Of a DNA stretch of 64,000 nucleotides, positions 1 to 12,858 are shown piece after piece; within the stretch, counting starts at the first letter, position 1; every line of letters starts with the position of its first letter. This DNA is from Eledone cirrhosa (taxonomy: Eukaryota), in NCBI GenBank assembly GCA_964016885.1, contig OZ024757.1, positions 32,426,001-32,490,000 of the forward strand, read 5' to 3'. A model generated the notes under the pieces. That model was not told where the DNA came from and searched no databases. It saw nothing but the letters and a program-made list of their open reading frames with translations. The position numbers were made by a program, and so were the translations under genes.

Positions 1-298
1 TTACTATATGTAATCTTCACTTTTTGTTAGCAAAACATTCTCTAATTTGAGCATCCAGGTGTAATAGTTATTATTGGATAGTTAGTACATTTTATTTTAT
101 TCCTGTAATTAATCTATATTCGCCTTTCCTTTCGTAGACAACATTTTCATCACTCTGGTAGTTTATTATCCCCAATGATTAAACACATACCTCTCTGTGT
201 ACTTCTCTCTATATACTGATTTATAGAGAGCCCGGAATCTATTCCTCGAGCTCATTAAATTATAGGGTGTTAATGTCTTTAACTCGTTTTTTAATTTT

Positions 299-925
<627 letters not shown>

Positions 926-962
926 TATATTTAGATGAATATGTATATATATATATATCCTC

Positions 963-1012
<50 letters not shown>

Positions 1013-1185
1013 TTTTAAAACGGGTGTATAGGGGCGGAATATGATGTGGGCTAGGGGTGGGAGCACTGTAATATTCTATGTTGTTTAAATTGCCGGAGGG
1101 TTCGCAACAGGACTAGACTTAATAAACAGTTCATCAAAGGGCCTCTGCAAATTTAGTATTAATTTTATTATCATTTTTATTATTA

Positions 1186-1219
<34 letters not shown>

Positions 1220-1772
1220 CAATGAAGGCATAACAAATTCATACATAAATAAACAAATACACGAATAAATAAATAGATAAATAAATAAACAAATAAATTA
1301 AGCGTTTATAAGGAAACAGACCCTTATATTCAGAATATTTTATTTCCTCGTTACCGTTTCAGTGTGAATATTATAAGGTTATAATGTTTTCCTGTACAAT
1401 GTTCTGATACGCCATTTTGTTGGGGGATTAATGGGGTGAAAGAGGGATTTTTTTAAGGGACATGGTGGCAAGAGAGGATTTTTATTTTTTTGCGATTTTT
1501 CAGTGCGGTTTCAGACTGAATTTATTTCGATTCCCACCCGCCTAACCCCGCACCCGGCGGCAAGCTGTGTTTCCATATATTATATGTAACTTCACAAGGA
1601 AAGTAATACAGGAGTTATTAACACACACGTACGAAGGAAGGAATTCTTTTATTTATTTTTTTCTTTTGATTTTCAGATCTTTTAATAGCAAAGGTGGCTT
1701 TTTTGTTTTGTTAGTAGCAATAACCTAATACCACACTCCTCCACACCTACACCCACCCCCTGTGGCAGAGAA

Positions 1773-1833
1773 AATAAAATAAAATAAAATAAAATAAAAT
1801 AAAATAAAATAAAATAAAATAAAATAAAATAAA
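1773..1833. repeat. (AAAAT)n microsatellite
   Basis: Perfect pentanucleotide run. Confidence 0.97.
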
Positions 1834-2178
1834 AACTATGCGATCTAACTTCCATTTTGTTTGATAATGTTATGGAAAATTCTGGTTAACCTTTTTACTC
1901 AACATTCTTTAGAATAAAAGAATAAATAAATACTCCGGTTAGAAACCCAGCTGAATTCCTTTTCGCATAAAGAAACCATTGTTACAAGCCCTAGTCTATT
2001 CTGCATTCTTTTATTCTTTTATTCTATAAACATTTTTACTGTTTTCCATCATTGGACTGCAGTTATGCTAGGACACAGCCTTCAAGGAATTCAGTCGATC
2101 CTATCGACCCCAGTATTTCTTTTTAAGTCTGGTACCTATTTTATCGATCTCATTTTGGGAAAATGCTTGACTACAGAG

Positions 2179-2361
2179 CATAACCTGTAAGAACATACAT
2201 ACACATATACATATATGCATGCATACATCCATACAAACAAGACAGAGAAACAGTGACACATACATACATACAGGCATACATACATACATACATACATACA
2301 TACAGGCATACATACATACATACATGCATACATACATACATACATACATACATACATACAT
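2179..2361. repeat. Target-site duplication of the RTE insertion, copy on the element's 3' side
   Basis: cataacctgtaagaacatac...agagaaacagtgacac...(cata)n matches 5843-6025, including the caggcata and tgcata interruptions. Confidence 0.9.
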
Positions 2362-2420
2362 GATGGCTGCCCCCTCGTTATCGAGTATGGCCATTGCACA
2401 ATAAAAAAAAAAAAAAAAAA

Positions 2421-2511
<91 letters not shown>

Positions 2512-2590
2512 GCAATAATAATAATAACGACAACAACAATAATAATATACATATTCATATATATATACACACACACGCACGCACATAAGC

Positions 2591-2628
<38 letters not shown>

Positions 2629-5600
2629 GATAGCAACTAACAGTGCTGCGATCGAGTGTGGCTTTTTAGCCCAGCCAATGATCCAAAATGTCTTGCACAG
2701 AGTCGGCAACCAAAACATTTACTGGGAATAGTCGGCTGTGGTTGGAGTTCGTGTACTTTTGCATGTCGCTTGAGTCCTCCTGCTGATTTACATTCTCTAC
2801 CACATGTTTGGCAAGCATGATGAGTAGCATCTCCAACAGCAGCCTGGTAGTCAACCACTGGTCTTACTTTATGACTGCGAAGATGACTTTCGAGTCCAGC
2901 TTTGCTTAGGCAGAGTCTCGCACAGACGCTGCATGTCAGAAACATAGGAGGACCCTCGCCGTCTGGAAGTGCAACAGCAATACCCTTCCTCACGTCCCGC
3001 TTTACTTTCTCGTGTGCGATTCGAGATGCCTCAAAGGCAACTTTTCCCTCATATACAGTCTTTCTCCATTTATTACGATCAGCAGCAATATTTTCCCATG
3101 TATCAGCAGAGATGTTAGCGTCTCTCAGAGAGGCCTTCAAGGAATCCTTATACCTCTTTTTTGGTTTATGTGGCGGTCGTTTTCCTTTAACCAACTCTCC
3201 ATAGAAGAGTTGTTTTGGTATTCTAGAATCCTTCATCCTGGCAAGGTGACCACTCCAACGGAGTCGCTGCTTAAGCACAAGAGCTTCTATACTGTCACAC
3301 ATAGAGCTTTCCAAAATCTCGACATCACTGATGTGGTCCCTCCAGCGAACGCCATGTATCCGTCTGAGACACATCTGATGGAAACGCTCCAATTGCTCAA
3401 GGTGGCGTCGATATGTGACCCAGGTCTCGCAGGCATAAAGAAGACAAGAGAGTACACATGCCCTGTACACCCCTACCTTTGTCCTCCTGCATATGTCTCG
3501 CCGACCCCAGAGTCGCCTTTCTAGCTTTCCGAAAGCATCACTTGCTTTCCTAATCCTAAGTGAGATTTCACTGTCAAGGTTGCCGTATCGATTGACAGTG
3601 CTTCCCAGGTAGACAAACTGATCAACCACTCCAAGTCGTTCGCCATACACATAGATGTTTGGTTCAGTGTACTGCCTACCAGGTGCAGGTTGGTACATGA
3701 CGACGGTTTTCTTGAGACTGACAGTCAAACCCAGGGCAGTGCAAGCGTCAGAAAATACATTCAAAATGTGCTGCATATCACTCTCTGTGTGCGCTACAAG
3801 ATCGCAATCATCTGCATACAAGAGGTCTCTTATGACTGATGTAAATACTTTTGTCTTCGCAGCAAAGCGCCTGATGTTAAATATGCTGCCTGAGGTTCGA
3901 TATCGGATGTAAACACCATGCTCGCAATTCCTGAATGCAATACAGAAAACCATTGCAAAGTATATGGCAAACAGGGTCGGTGCTGGAATATCCCCCTGTT
4001 TCACTCCATTTTTTACTGAGATAGGCTCCGACATGTTACCTCCGACATTAACCCAAGCCCTCATGTCGTCATGGAAAGACCTAACTAAAGCAAGGAACTT
4101 ATCAGGGCAACCAAGTTTCTGGAGAACCTTCCATAATGCATCTCTGTTGACAGTATCGAAAGCCTTTGTCAGATCGACAAAAACCTGATACAGATCCAAG
4201 CCCTGTTCAATGCACTTCTCCTGGAGCTGTCTAGCTGAGAAGATCATATCAGTAGTGCCGCGTCCAACACGAAAACCAGATTGACTTTCAGGAAGGACAC
4301 AATCTGCAATGTGTGTCAGCAGACGGTCCAGAAGCACCCTACATAAAACTTTCCCCACGACAGAAAGCAATGATATACCTCTGTAGTTCCCACAATCATT
4401 CCTGTTACCCTTTCCCTTGTACAAGACCACCATTACTGCATCTCTCCAGTCCTCAGGCACGGATTCATTAGCCCATATCCTTCCAAACAGAGAGTGAAGA
4501 TGTTGCAGGAGTCTCTCACCACCATATTGTAGGAGCTCAGCATGTATGCCATCCATACCTGGAGATCTTCCACTGTTCAGCTTCGAAATAGCCACTGCAA
4601 CCTCCACAAGTGTCGGAGGCTCTGCGAGAGCTACTTTCACAGGACTTTCCGGAATGAGATTGAGGAAATCTTCACTGACGACAGACGGCTGATTCAAAAG
4701 ATCATCAAAGTGCTCCCGCCACCTTCGTAGAATTCCCTGTGAGTCACGAAGAAGTTCTTTGCCATCCTTGCTGCGAATCGGTGTCACCAGAGAAGAAGAC
4801 GGTCCATAAACCTCACGCAAGAGACTGTACAACAGCTTTGTGTTATTGCAATCAGACGCAGTTTGTATCTCACCAGCCTTCTCACTCCACCACTGATCCT
4901 TCATCTGAGAAAGACTCCGCCTAACACGTGATTTTACATCCCTGAGCTCCTCATGCAACGTATTCCTCTCCTGTGGTCTTGCCGTCAAGTAGCGTGACAG
5001 AGCGCGCCTCCTATCAGCCAACAAGTCATCTATATGCACATCTTTCTCATTAAACCAGTCCTGATGTTTTCTCTGCACCAATCCCAGAACACGTCTGCCT
5101 ACATCATAAACCGACTTTTTAAGGGTCGGCCAATCCTCACCAAGATCTGCAGCCTGCATCTCTTCTTCCAATGTCCTCTTCACATTTTTATCCTTAAGAC
5201 GAGCAGCATTCAATCCTTTGGGCAGGGTAACACCAGGAGCCCGGATTTTACGTTTGGTGATTAGATTCACTTTTGCGCGTACCAGGCGGTGGTCCGTCCA
5301 GCACTCAGCTCCACGAAGAACACGAACACACCGCACATCCTGTCTGTCACGCATCCTGACTAGGACGTAGTCCAAAAGATGCCATTCCTTAGATGCAGGA
5401 TGCATCCATGTGGTCTTGAATTTGTTCTTTTGTTGGAACATGGTGCTGGTAACACACAGATCCAGCTCCTCACACATCTGCAGCAAGAGCATACCATTGC
5501 TGTTACACTTTCCCACCCCATGCCTTCCGATTACATTCCATGTGTTAAAATCCCTACCCACTCTAGCATTAAAGTCACCAAGCACGATGACTTTGTCTGC

Positions 5601-5843
5601 CTGAGGGATATTTCTTAAAACACCTTTCAAGGCATGGTAAAAGGACAGTTTTTCTTCATCGACAGAATTCATAGTTGGAGCATACACACTCACCAGGGTA
5701 GCATATCTTCCCTTGTCCAGCGGAACTCTCATGGACATAAGACGCTCACTAATCCCCACTGGGAATTCTTCCAATTTATTCACCAGTACAGTCTTAACAG
5801 CAAATCCTACCCCAGCCTCTCTTCTGGTTCCTTCATCTCTTCC
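2361..5843 (-). mobile_element. RTE-clade non-LTR retrotransposon, 5'-truncated, young
   Basis: Single APE-RT ORF, 3' UTR ending in stem-loop TGGCCATACTCG-ATAA-CGAGGGGGCAGCCATCA followed by (TGTA)n, and a long TSD. Confidence 0.95.
2637..5843 (-). CDS. RTE ORF: N-truncated APE endonuclease, reverse transcriptase, three C2H2 zinc fingers
   Basis: APE motifs GVGFAV, SVYAPT, LGDFNARVG, LLDYVL, TDHRLV; RT motifs NYRGISLL, QSGFR, FVDLTKAFD, GVKQGD, YADD, YLGS; RLRWSGHL; C2H2-type fingers at the C-terminus. The first ~104 aa of the 6155-start ORF are microsatellite read-through. Confidence 0.95.
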   Translation of the reverse strand, partial: GRDEGTRREAGVGFAVKTVLVNKLEEFPVGISERLMSMRVPLDKGRYATLVSVYAPTMNSVDEEKLSFYHALKGVLRNIPQADKVIVLGDFNARVGRDFNTWNVIGRHGVGKCNSNGMLLLQMCEELDLCVTSTMFQQKNKFKTTWMHPASKEWHLLDYVLVRMRDRQDVRCVRVLRGAECWTDHRLVRAKVNLITKRKIRAPGVTLPKGLNAARLKDKNVKRTLEEEMQAADLGEDWPTLKKSVYDVGRRVLGLVQRKHQDWFNEKDVHIDDLLADRRRALSRYLTARPQERNTLHEELRDVKSRVRRSLSQMKDQWWSEKAGEIQTASDCNNTKLLYSLLREVYGPSSSLVTPIRSKDGKELLRDSQGILRRWREHFDDLLNQPSVVSEDFLNLIPESPVKVALAEPPTLVEVAVAISKLNSGRSPGMDGIHAELLQYGGERLLQHLHSLFGRIWANESVPEDWRDAVMVVLYKGKGNRNDCGNYRGISLLSVVGKVLCRVLLDRLLTHIADCVLPESQSGFRVGRGTTDMIFSARQLQEKCIEQGLDLYQVFVDLTKAFDTVNRDALWKVLQKLGCPDKFLALVRSFHDDMRAWVNVGGNMSEPISVKNGVKQGDIPAPTLFAIYFAMVFCIAFRNCEHGVYIRYRTSGSIFNIRRFAAKTKVFTSVIRDLLYADDCDLVAHTESDMQHILNVFSDACTALGLTVSLKKTVVMYQPAPGRQYTEPNIYVYGERLGVVDQFVYLGSTVNRYGNLDSEISLRIRKASDAFGKLERRLWGRRDICRRTKVGVYRACVLSCLLYACETWVTYRRHLEQLERFHQMCLRRIHGVRWRDHISDVEILESSMCDSIEALVLKQRLRWSGHLARMKDSRIPKQLFYGELVKGKRPPHKPKKRYKDSLKASLRDANISADTWENIAADRNKWRKTVYEGKVAFEASRIAHEKVKRDVRKGIAVALPDGEGPPMFLTCSVCARLCLSKAGLESHLRSHKVRPVVDYQAAVGDATHHACQTCGRECKSAGGLKRHAKVHELQPQPTIPSKCFGCRLCARHFGSLAGLKSHTRSQHC

Positions 5844-6025
5844 ATAACCTGTAAGAACATACATACACATATACATATATGCATGCATACATCCATACAA
5901 ACAAGACAGAGAAACAGTGACACATACATACATACAGGCATACATACATACATACATACATACATACAGGCATACATACATACATACATGCATACATACA
6001 TACATACATACATACATACATACAT
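5843..6025. repeat. Target-site duplication of the RTE insertion, copy on the element's 5' side
   Basis: Direct repeat of 2179-2361, offset 3664 bp. Confidence 0.9.
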
Positions 6026-6111
6026 ACATACATACATACATACATACTGACTGACTGATTGACACAGACAAATGGACATACACACACGCACACACACACA
6101 CACACATACAT

Positions 6112-6145
<34 letters not shown>

Positions 6146-6240
6146 GATCTTCCAACCATCATCGGTATTTCACGGTAGATCACTGATGAAGGACCACTTT
6201 ATTCATATGTAACCCATTTGCAACTCCGCAGCACGTTTAT

Positions 6241-6322
<82 letters not shown>

Positions 6323-6444
6323 CAGACAGAGATACAGTCACACATACATACATCTATTCATACATACATACAGCCAGACAGATAGACAGAAGCCCTGTAG
6401 TTGCGAAGCGGCCTCGTTATCCTGACAACCAGTGACTGTGCCCC

Positions 6445-6918
6445 AGTATGTTACTGGTACTTTAATTTAATAGTTTCTAATAATGGCTCAAGGCCAGAAA
6501 TTTTGTGGAATAAAAAAATCAAATCAAATATATCGATCCCGATACTTTACTGGTATTTTTATTTTATCGATCCCGGAAGGATTAAAAGCACAGTTGATCT
6601 CGGCAGGACTTGAACTTAGAACATAGAAAATCGTAATCAAATACCGCAAAGTATTTTGTCCGTTGCTCTACTGACTCTATCAATTCACAACCCTTCTTGA
6701 TTTAATTATATAGGCACAAGGCCAGCAATTTTGGGGGAGGGGAAAGTCGATTAAATCGACCCCAGTGCGTGACTGGTACTTTATTTTATCGACCCGTAAG
6801 TTAACCTCGGCGGGATTTGAACTTAGATCATAAAGAGCCGTAACTCTATGCTGCAACTCATGGCATCCGACCCTCTACCATAACTGCCAATCCACCGCCC
6901 GCCTTCTTGATTTAATTA
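6445..6918 (-). mobile_element. Two adjacent tRNA-derived SINEs (tail type A); second copy has a 17-bp TSD
   Basis: Reverse complement of the Pol III A/B-box head and the TCGATAAAATAAAGTACCAG core; ccttcttgatttaatta at 6692-6708 and 6902-6918. Confidence 0.85.
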
Positions 6919-7389
6919 GTGACATTTTATTGTGGGCGCCTCCACGCCAAAGAGTACAATCTCGTGAGTGGAATGTCTCACTCATCCCCCTCTTTTCATA
7001 TACCCCCAGTCACCCACCGTTTGATCACATGACAACTAGGCGGAGATTTCCGTAATAAAATCCTGGGATACAACAACAGACCCCAGTGAATGATTCACAT
7101 GATACTACTGGGAATAGAAGAAAAGGTTCACGGTTAATTACCACAGCTTGGTTTCAATTAACCTTTCTTTGAAACCCATATCCTTACAAACCCTAACAAG
7201 TGTGGGCCAATCTCAACGCCGGCGAGTTTTTAGCCTCTTTATTTAGTTTATCGTTTTATTTCATTTTATTTTCATCCACAACGTACTGAACCGACTAAGG
7301 GGTTAAAAGTACTCGAACAACATACCATTGGTATTTTATCTATGTTTCATTATTATTATTATTATTTATTTTTTTAAATTATTATTATG

Positions 7390-7720
7390 ATTTTACGATC
7401 TGAGTTCAAATCCCGCCGAGGTTGACTTTGCCTTTCATCCTTACAAGGTCGATAAAATAAAGTACCAGTAATGCACTGGGTAATTGCTGGCCTTGTGCCT
7501 AAAGTAGAAACAATTATTATTATTATTTTATGGCGGTGGATTGGCAGTATCGGTAGAGGGTCGGACGCCATGCTTTGCAGCATAGTTACGTCCCTTTACG
7601 ATCTCAGTTCAAATCCCGCCGAGGTTGACTTTGCCTTCATCCTTACAGGGTCGATAAAATAAAGTACCAGTAATGCACTGGGTATTTGCTGGCCTTGTGC
7701 CTAAAGTAGAAACAATTATT
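7390..7720 (+). mobile_element. Tandem tRNA-derived SINEs (tail type A)
   Basis: A-box TGGCAGTATCGG, B-box GTTCAAATCC, core CCTTTCATCCTTAC..GTCGATAAAATAAAGTACCAG, tail GCCTTGTGCCTAAAGTAGAAACAATTAT. Confidence 0.88.
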
Positions 7721-7824
7721 GCTATATATGTGTATGCATGTATGAAGGTGTGCCTCAATATGTGTATATATACATTACATGCATATGTGTTTGTGTGTGT
7801 GAATGTATATATATATATATATAT

Positions 7825-7884
<60 letters not shown>

Positions 7885-7977
7885 AATTGTTTGTATTTTT
7901 GAGGTACAATTTCAAAGGAAGGGAAAAGTTGATTATATCGACCCCAGTGCGTTACTGGTACATTATTTTATCGATAC

Positions 7978-8020
<43 letters not shown>

Positions 8021-8064
8021 TTTACATATATATATATAAAGTCATAGATATATATGTTTTTATG

Positions 8065-8097
<33 letters not shown>

Positions 8098-8100
8098 CGT

Positions 8101-8180
<80 letters not shown>

Positions 8181-8399
8181 ACCACACATATATATGTTTT
8201 AAATATACAAATTGTTTTAAAGCAGAGAGAAGAACACACATTACACTTTGCTGCAAAGGAATGCACATATACAGACATGGTGCAGTTCATATATATATAT
8301 ACAGACATGGTACAATTTATACACATATACACATATACAGACATGGTGCAATGTATACACTTATTCAGTCAAAATGCACTTCATACATATATTTGAGAA

Positions 8400-8490
8400 G
8401 AATATAGGACGCTTCACGAATTTGCGGGTCATCCTTGCGCAGAGGCCATGCTAATCTTCTCTGTATCGGTCCAATTTTAGTATATGTACT
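8400..8490 (-). pseudogene. U6: U6 snRNA pseudogene, 5'-truncated
   Basis: Reverse complement reads AGTACATATACTAAAATTGGACCGATACAGAGAAGATTAGCATGGCCTCTGCGCAAGGATGACCCGCAAATTCGTGAAGCGTCCTATATTC. ACAGAGA box and AGC triad present; first ~14 nt, promoter and oligo-T terminator absent. Confidence 0.95.
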
Positions 8491-9089
8491 ATATATATAT
8501 ATATATATATATATACAAACGCACATGGTGTATTATTATGGTTGATTATCGAAGAAGGGGCCTGCTCCAAAATGTTAAGATTTTCTTCTGCTCACAACAA
8601 CAAAAGAAATCTAACGCTATTTCATAGTTTTTCCCTTTAAACTGTTGATACTATGATAATGTTTTTCAAAATCTTTTGATAAATGCATGTGTGAGATATT
8701 AACTGAAAGAGCGGTTTAATTTAACCTTCACAAGAATCCACTACCCCCGGGAGGCATCTTCCATCATACCAGGTGTTTTGGCTTGCTATTGTTTATATTT
8801 CCCCAAAGTATAATCAATTTATTTGTTTTGAAAACCAAGGAAATTGCTGCCAACTATTCACTAACTGTTATAACGTTCTCTCCAGCTCTCTCCTGGATAT
8901 TTCTTGATTCTTTGAGAAAGAAAAAAAGGCAATTATTTTCCTCAGCTATACACTGAAACTTTGAAGTTACAAACAGCTCAAACAATCTGGGATTTATATA
9001 TTCACTTTGAAATAAACGCTTTAGAATACAAATGCAAATATAACTATATATACATATGTGTGTGTGTATATATATATATATAATTATTA

Positions 9090-9413
9090 TAAAATAACAG
9101 GAGGCTGGGCTGGTGTAATTCCTTAAAGGTTTATTATACTATGAATATTTCAATGACCGGGTTCACTATGAATCCGGTGACATCATCAGGAATTCCGAAA
9201 TTTATCCAACAAAGGAATATAATAATAGACACAATCCAAGGGGCTGAAAAGCAGAGAGAGATGCCCAAGACGAGAAGGCGGCTAAAAATTAGCAGTTGCT
9301 AGTCCGGGCGGCCGCTTTCAAGTTACATTACGTCGAGTGCTCTCCCTAATATTACATCAAGGTTGACTGTACGGAATGACCAGTTCTATCCAGTGGTGAA
9401 CCAACAAACCTAA

Positions 9414-9415
<2 letters not shown>
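9090..9415 (-). mobile_element. Probable PLE terminal-repeat remnant with degenerate hammerhead core
   Basis: Minus strand CTGATGA-TGTCACCGG..CCGGTCATT-GAAA at ~9147-9189; homologous to 12485-12720 and 12862-12910. Confidence 0.55.
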
Positions 9416-9497
<82 letters not shown>

Positions 9498-9659
9498 GAT
9501 GGGGATGAAGGCACCTCAATAAGGAATCGTTGATACAGTGGATATTGCTGGCTGTTCGTTGCGGCCATCTTGTCTCTCGTAGTGTGCAGTTGGTATGTCA
9601 TGTCACACCGGGGCTATACAGTCTGCTCCCAGCTTCTTTTTTCAATTTTTAAGGCCAAT

Positions 9660-10380
9660 TAATTGTTTCTAATACAGGCAGATTGTCTATGATTATCGGG
9701 GGAAGAAGTTGATTTAATCGACTCCAGTACGTGACTGGTACTGCATTTTATTGCCCTCGGAAGGATTAGAGGCAGAGTTTGGACTCAGAACGGAAAGAAC
9801 CAGAATAAATAACGTAATGACATTTTATCCGACAGTCTACAAATATAAATTTAATAATGATTTCAGACCGTAAAGGACCGTAACTCTATGCTACAAAGCA
9901 TGGTGTCCGGCGCTCTACAAATACTGCCAATCCACCGCCCTTTATAAATTTAAATAATTGTTTCTACTTTTGGCACAAGGCCAGCAATTACCCAGTGTAT
10001 TACTGGTACTTTATTTTATCGACCCCGTAAGGATGAAAGGCAAAGTTAACCTCGGCGGGATTTGAACTCAGAATAACAAGGGCCGTAACTCTATGCGTCA
10101 AAGCATGGCGTCCGACCCTCTACCGATACTTTATAAATTTATAAATTTAAATAATGATTTCTAGTATAAGCACAAGGCCAGTGATTTGGTGGGAGAGGAA
10201 AGTTGATTAAATCGACCACAGCACGTTCCTGGTGCTTTGTTTCATCGTCCTCGTAAGGATGAAAGGCAAAGTTAACCTCGACGGGATTTGAACTCATACC
10301 GTAAAGGGTGGTAACTCTATGCTGATAAGCATGGTGCCCGCCGCTCTACAAATACTGCCAAGCCACCGCCCTTATAAATT
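9660..10380 (-). mobile_element. Head-to-tail cluster of about four type-A SINEs
   Basis: Repeated SINE bodies separated by ataaattt(a)aataat-like duplications. Confidence 0.85.
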
Positions 10381-10868
10381 TAAAAAATAAAACCTTTTTT
10401 TGTATATAATAGAAATAGATATTTACAAGACGAACGAACGAGGCAGCCTTCATTTGATCGGTGGATCTGCTAGAAATGGCAGACTAGTCTGCCTCAAATC
10501 AGAGCCTATTGTCTTAACAAATAAACAGGAAAGACACATTAAATAATGTAGTCATAAATACACTATGTCTGGAAGAGGCGGGGAAAGATAAGGAGAAACA
10601 GAAAAAGACGGGATGGCTACTGCTAGTACGCCATCAATTATGGATCTGACCTTTAATCAGGGTTGACCTGGATCTAAACAACAACAAGGAAGACGACGAC
10701 AACAACGAAGATGACGAAAATAACAACAACAACAACGAATGCCTGATGTTCAGAAATGTTATTATTTCAGCGCCATTCGTCATAATTCCTCTTTGAATTG
10801 GTCATGCCACTTCCTGTCTGTTGCACCTTACATATATATATGTGTGTGTGTTTATATATATACATACA

Positions 10869-10925
<57 letters not shown>

Positions 10926-10970
10926 ATATATATATATATATATATAAACATATATATATATATATATATA

Positions 10971-11099
<129 letters not shown>

Positions 11100-11407
11100 A
11101 TATACTTATATACATATATAGATACACACACACTCACACTCACACACATATATATATATATATCTTCAGAAGTCGAACCAGATGTCAACAACTGAAGTTT
11201 GCTAATGGCATTCACAAATGTACCACGTGTCTTTTGATTTGTCTCAGATTGATGTCTTAAACGACACTGTAAAATGATGCCATATATACAACCCGGTGTA
11301 ATAGTCTAATAGCGGCGAAATATTCTAATTCAATTTTAAAATTCCGCTCGCCGTCTCCTAGACACACATGCTTTCTATATATATAAATATATTTATATAT
11401 ATATATA

Positions 11408-11781
<374 letters not shown>

Positions 11782-11875
11782 TATGTATGTATGTATGTAT
11801 ATATATATATATATATATATATAAATATTTACACATACACCAATCATGCTTTACTCTATAGTATATATATATATA

Positions 11876-12208
11876 TATAAACGTTTGTATATGTATAATA
11901 AAGCCAAAACAATGCAGGTATGGACATAGAATAAAGAATGCAAATGCAAAAGATATTGTTGACAATTAGTCTTTTACATTAGATTTATTTAAATGTCCTT
12001 AATTTTCGAGATAATATCTCTTCTTCGGAGGGAAGTAAAGCGGTTAAACCATTGTTCTAAATAGCTTGCCAAGTCATGCTGACAGGAAAATTTAAATAAA
12101 TCTAAGGTAAAAGACTAATTGTCAACAATATCTTTTGCATTTGCATTCTTTATTCTATGTCTATACCTGCATTGTTTTGGCTTTATTATACATATACAAA
12201 CGTTTATA
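11876..12208. repeat. ~125-bp inverted repeat with a degenerate hammerhead-like motif in the spacer (PLE-type inverted terminus)
   Basis: Arms 11876-11999 and 12084-12208 are nearly perfect; minus-strand spacer reads CCCT-CCGAAGA-AGAGAT ATT ATCTC-GAAA-AT-TA-AGG. Confidence 0.8.
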
Positions 12209-12484
12209 CCGCATTACACAATGCTTCAAGTGAACTATAACCTCCTCCTCATATATACATATATATAGCACCAGCAAGAAACTCCCTTGTGCAATCAAGG
12301 CTGGCAATAGAAGGTGTAGCATCGGTGCCCCAGCATGGCCCCAATCGAGTCCACACTCGAGGGTGGTCAGCCAAACTGGCAACAATTGGCTCTGACCGCC
12401 TTCAAGTCATAAACATTTTTCTGTTGTTTTAGTCTCTTGGATTGTGTTTACCATTATTCCTAATTATATAACTTTTATGCAATA

Positions 12485-12720
12485 AACACCTGATGATATT
12501 ACCAGGATCTTACTGAACTTGGTCACTGAAATGTACACATTGTTTGCTATAATAAATCTGTGAAGGTATTTCACCAGTCCGGCCTCCTGTCATTTTACTC
12601 CGTTCTCGCACCCCCAACAAAATTCAAAATCGAAAATGGATGAGTTGCATAACGTCGAGTGCTTTTCCTAATATTACATCAAGGTTGTTCTATCCAGTGG
12701 TGAACCAACAAACCTAAATG
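12485..12720 (+). mobile_element. Probable PLE terminal-repeat remnant, same family as 9090-9415
   Basis: AAACAC-CTGATGA-...-GAAA-TGTACA-CA-TTGTTT; shared downstream sequence and cgtcgagtgct...ccagtggtgaaccaacaaacctaaat block. Confidence 0.55.
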
Positions 12721-12824
12721 AATACACACGCACACAGACACACACAGCATATATATATATATATCTTTTACTCTTTTACCTGTTCCAGCCATCCGGCTGA
12801 GGCCATGTTGGGGCACCGCCCTTG

Positions 12825-12858
<34 letters not shown>

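Noticed and set aside
5844-6155. N-terminal ~104 aa of the 1172-aa ORF as a real extension
   Set aside because: It is TSD and microsatellite read-through, identical to the flank at 2179-2361.
7531-7625. Functional tRNA genes at A/B-box sites
   Set aside because: They do not form cloverleaves and continue into SINE core and tail sequence.
8540-9030. Very degenerate hammerhead and possible PLE RT remnant
   Set aside because: Core mutated at several positions and protein similarity too weak to support by eye.
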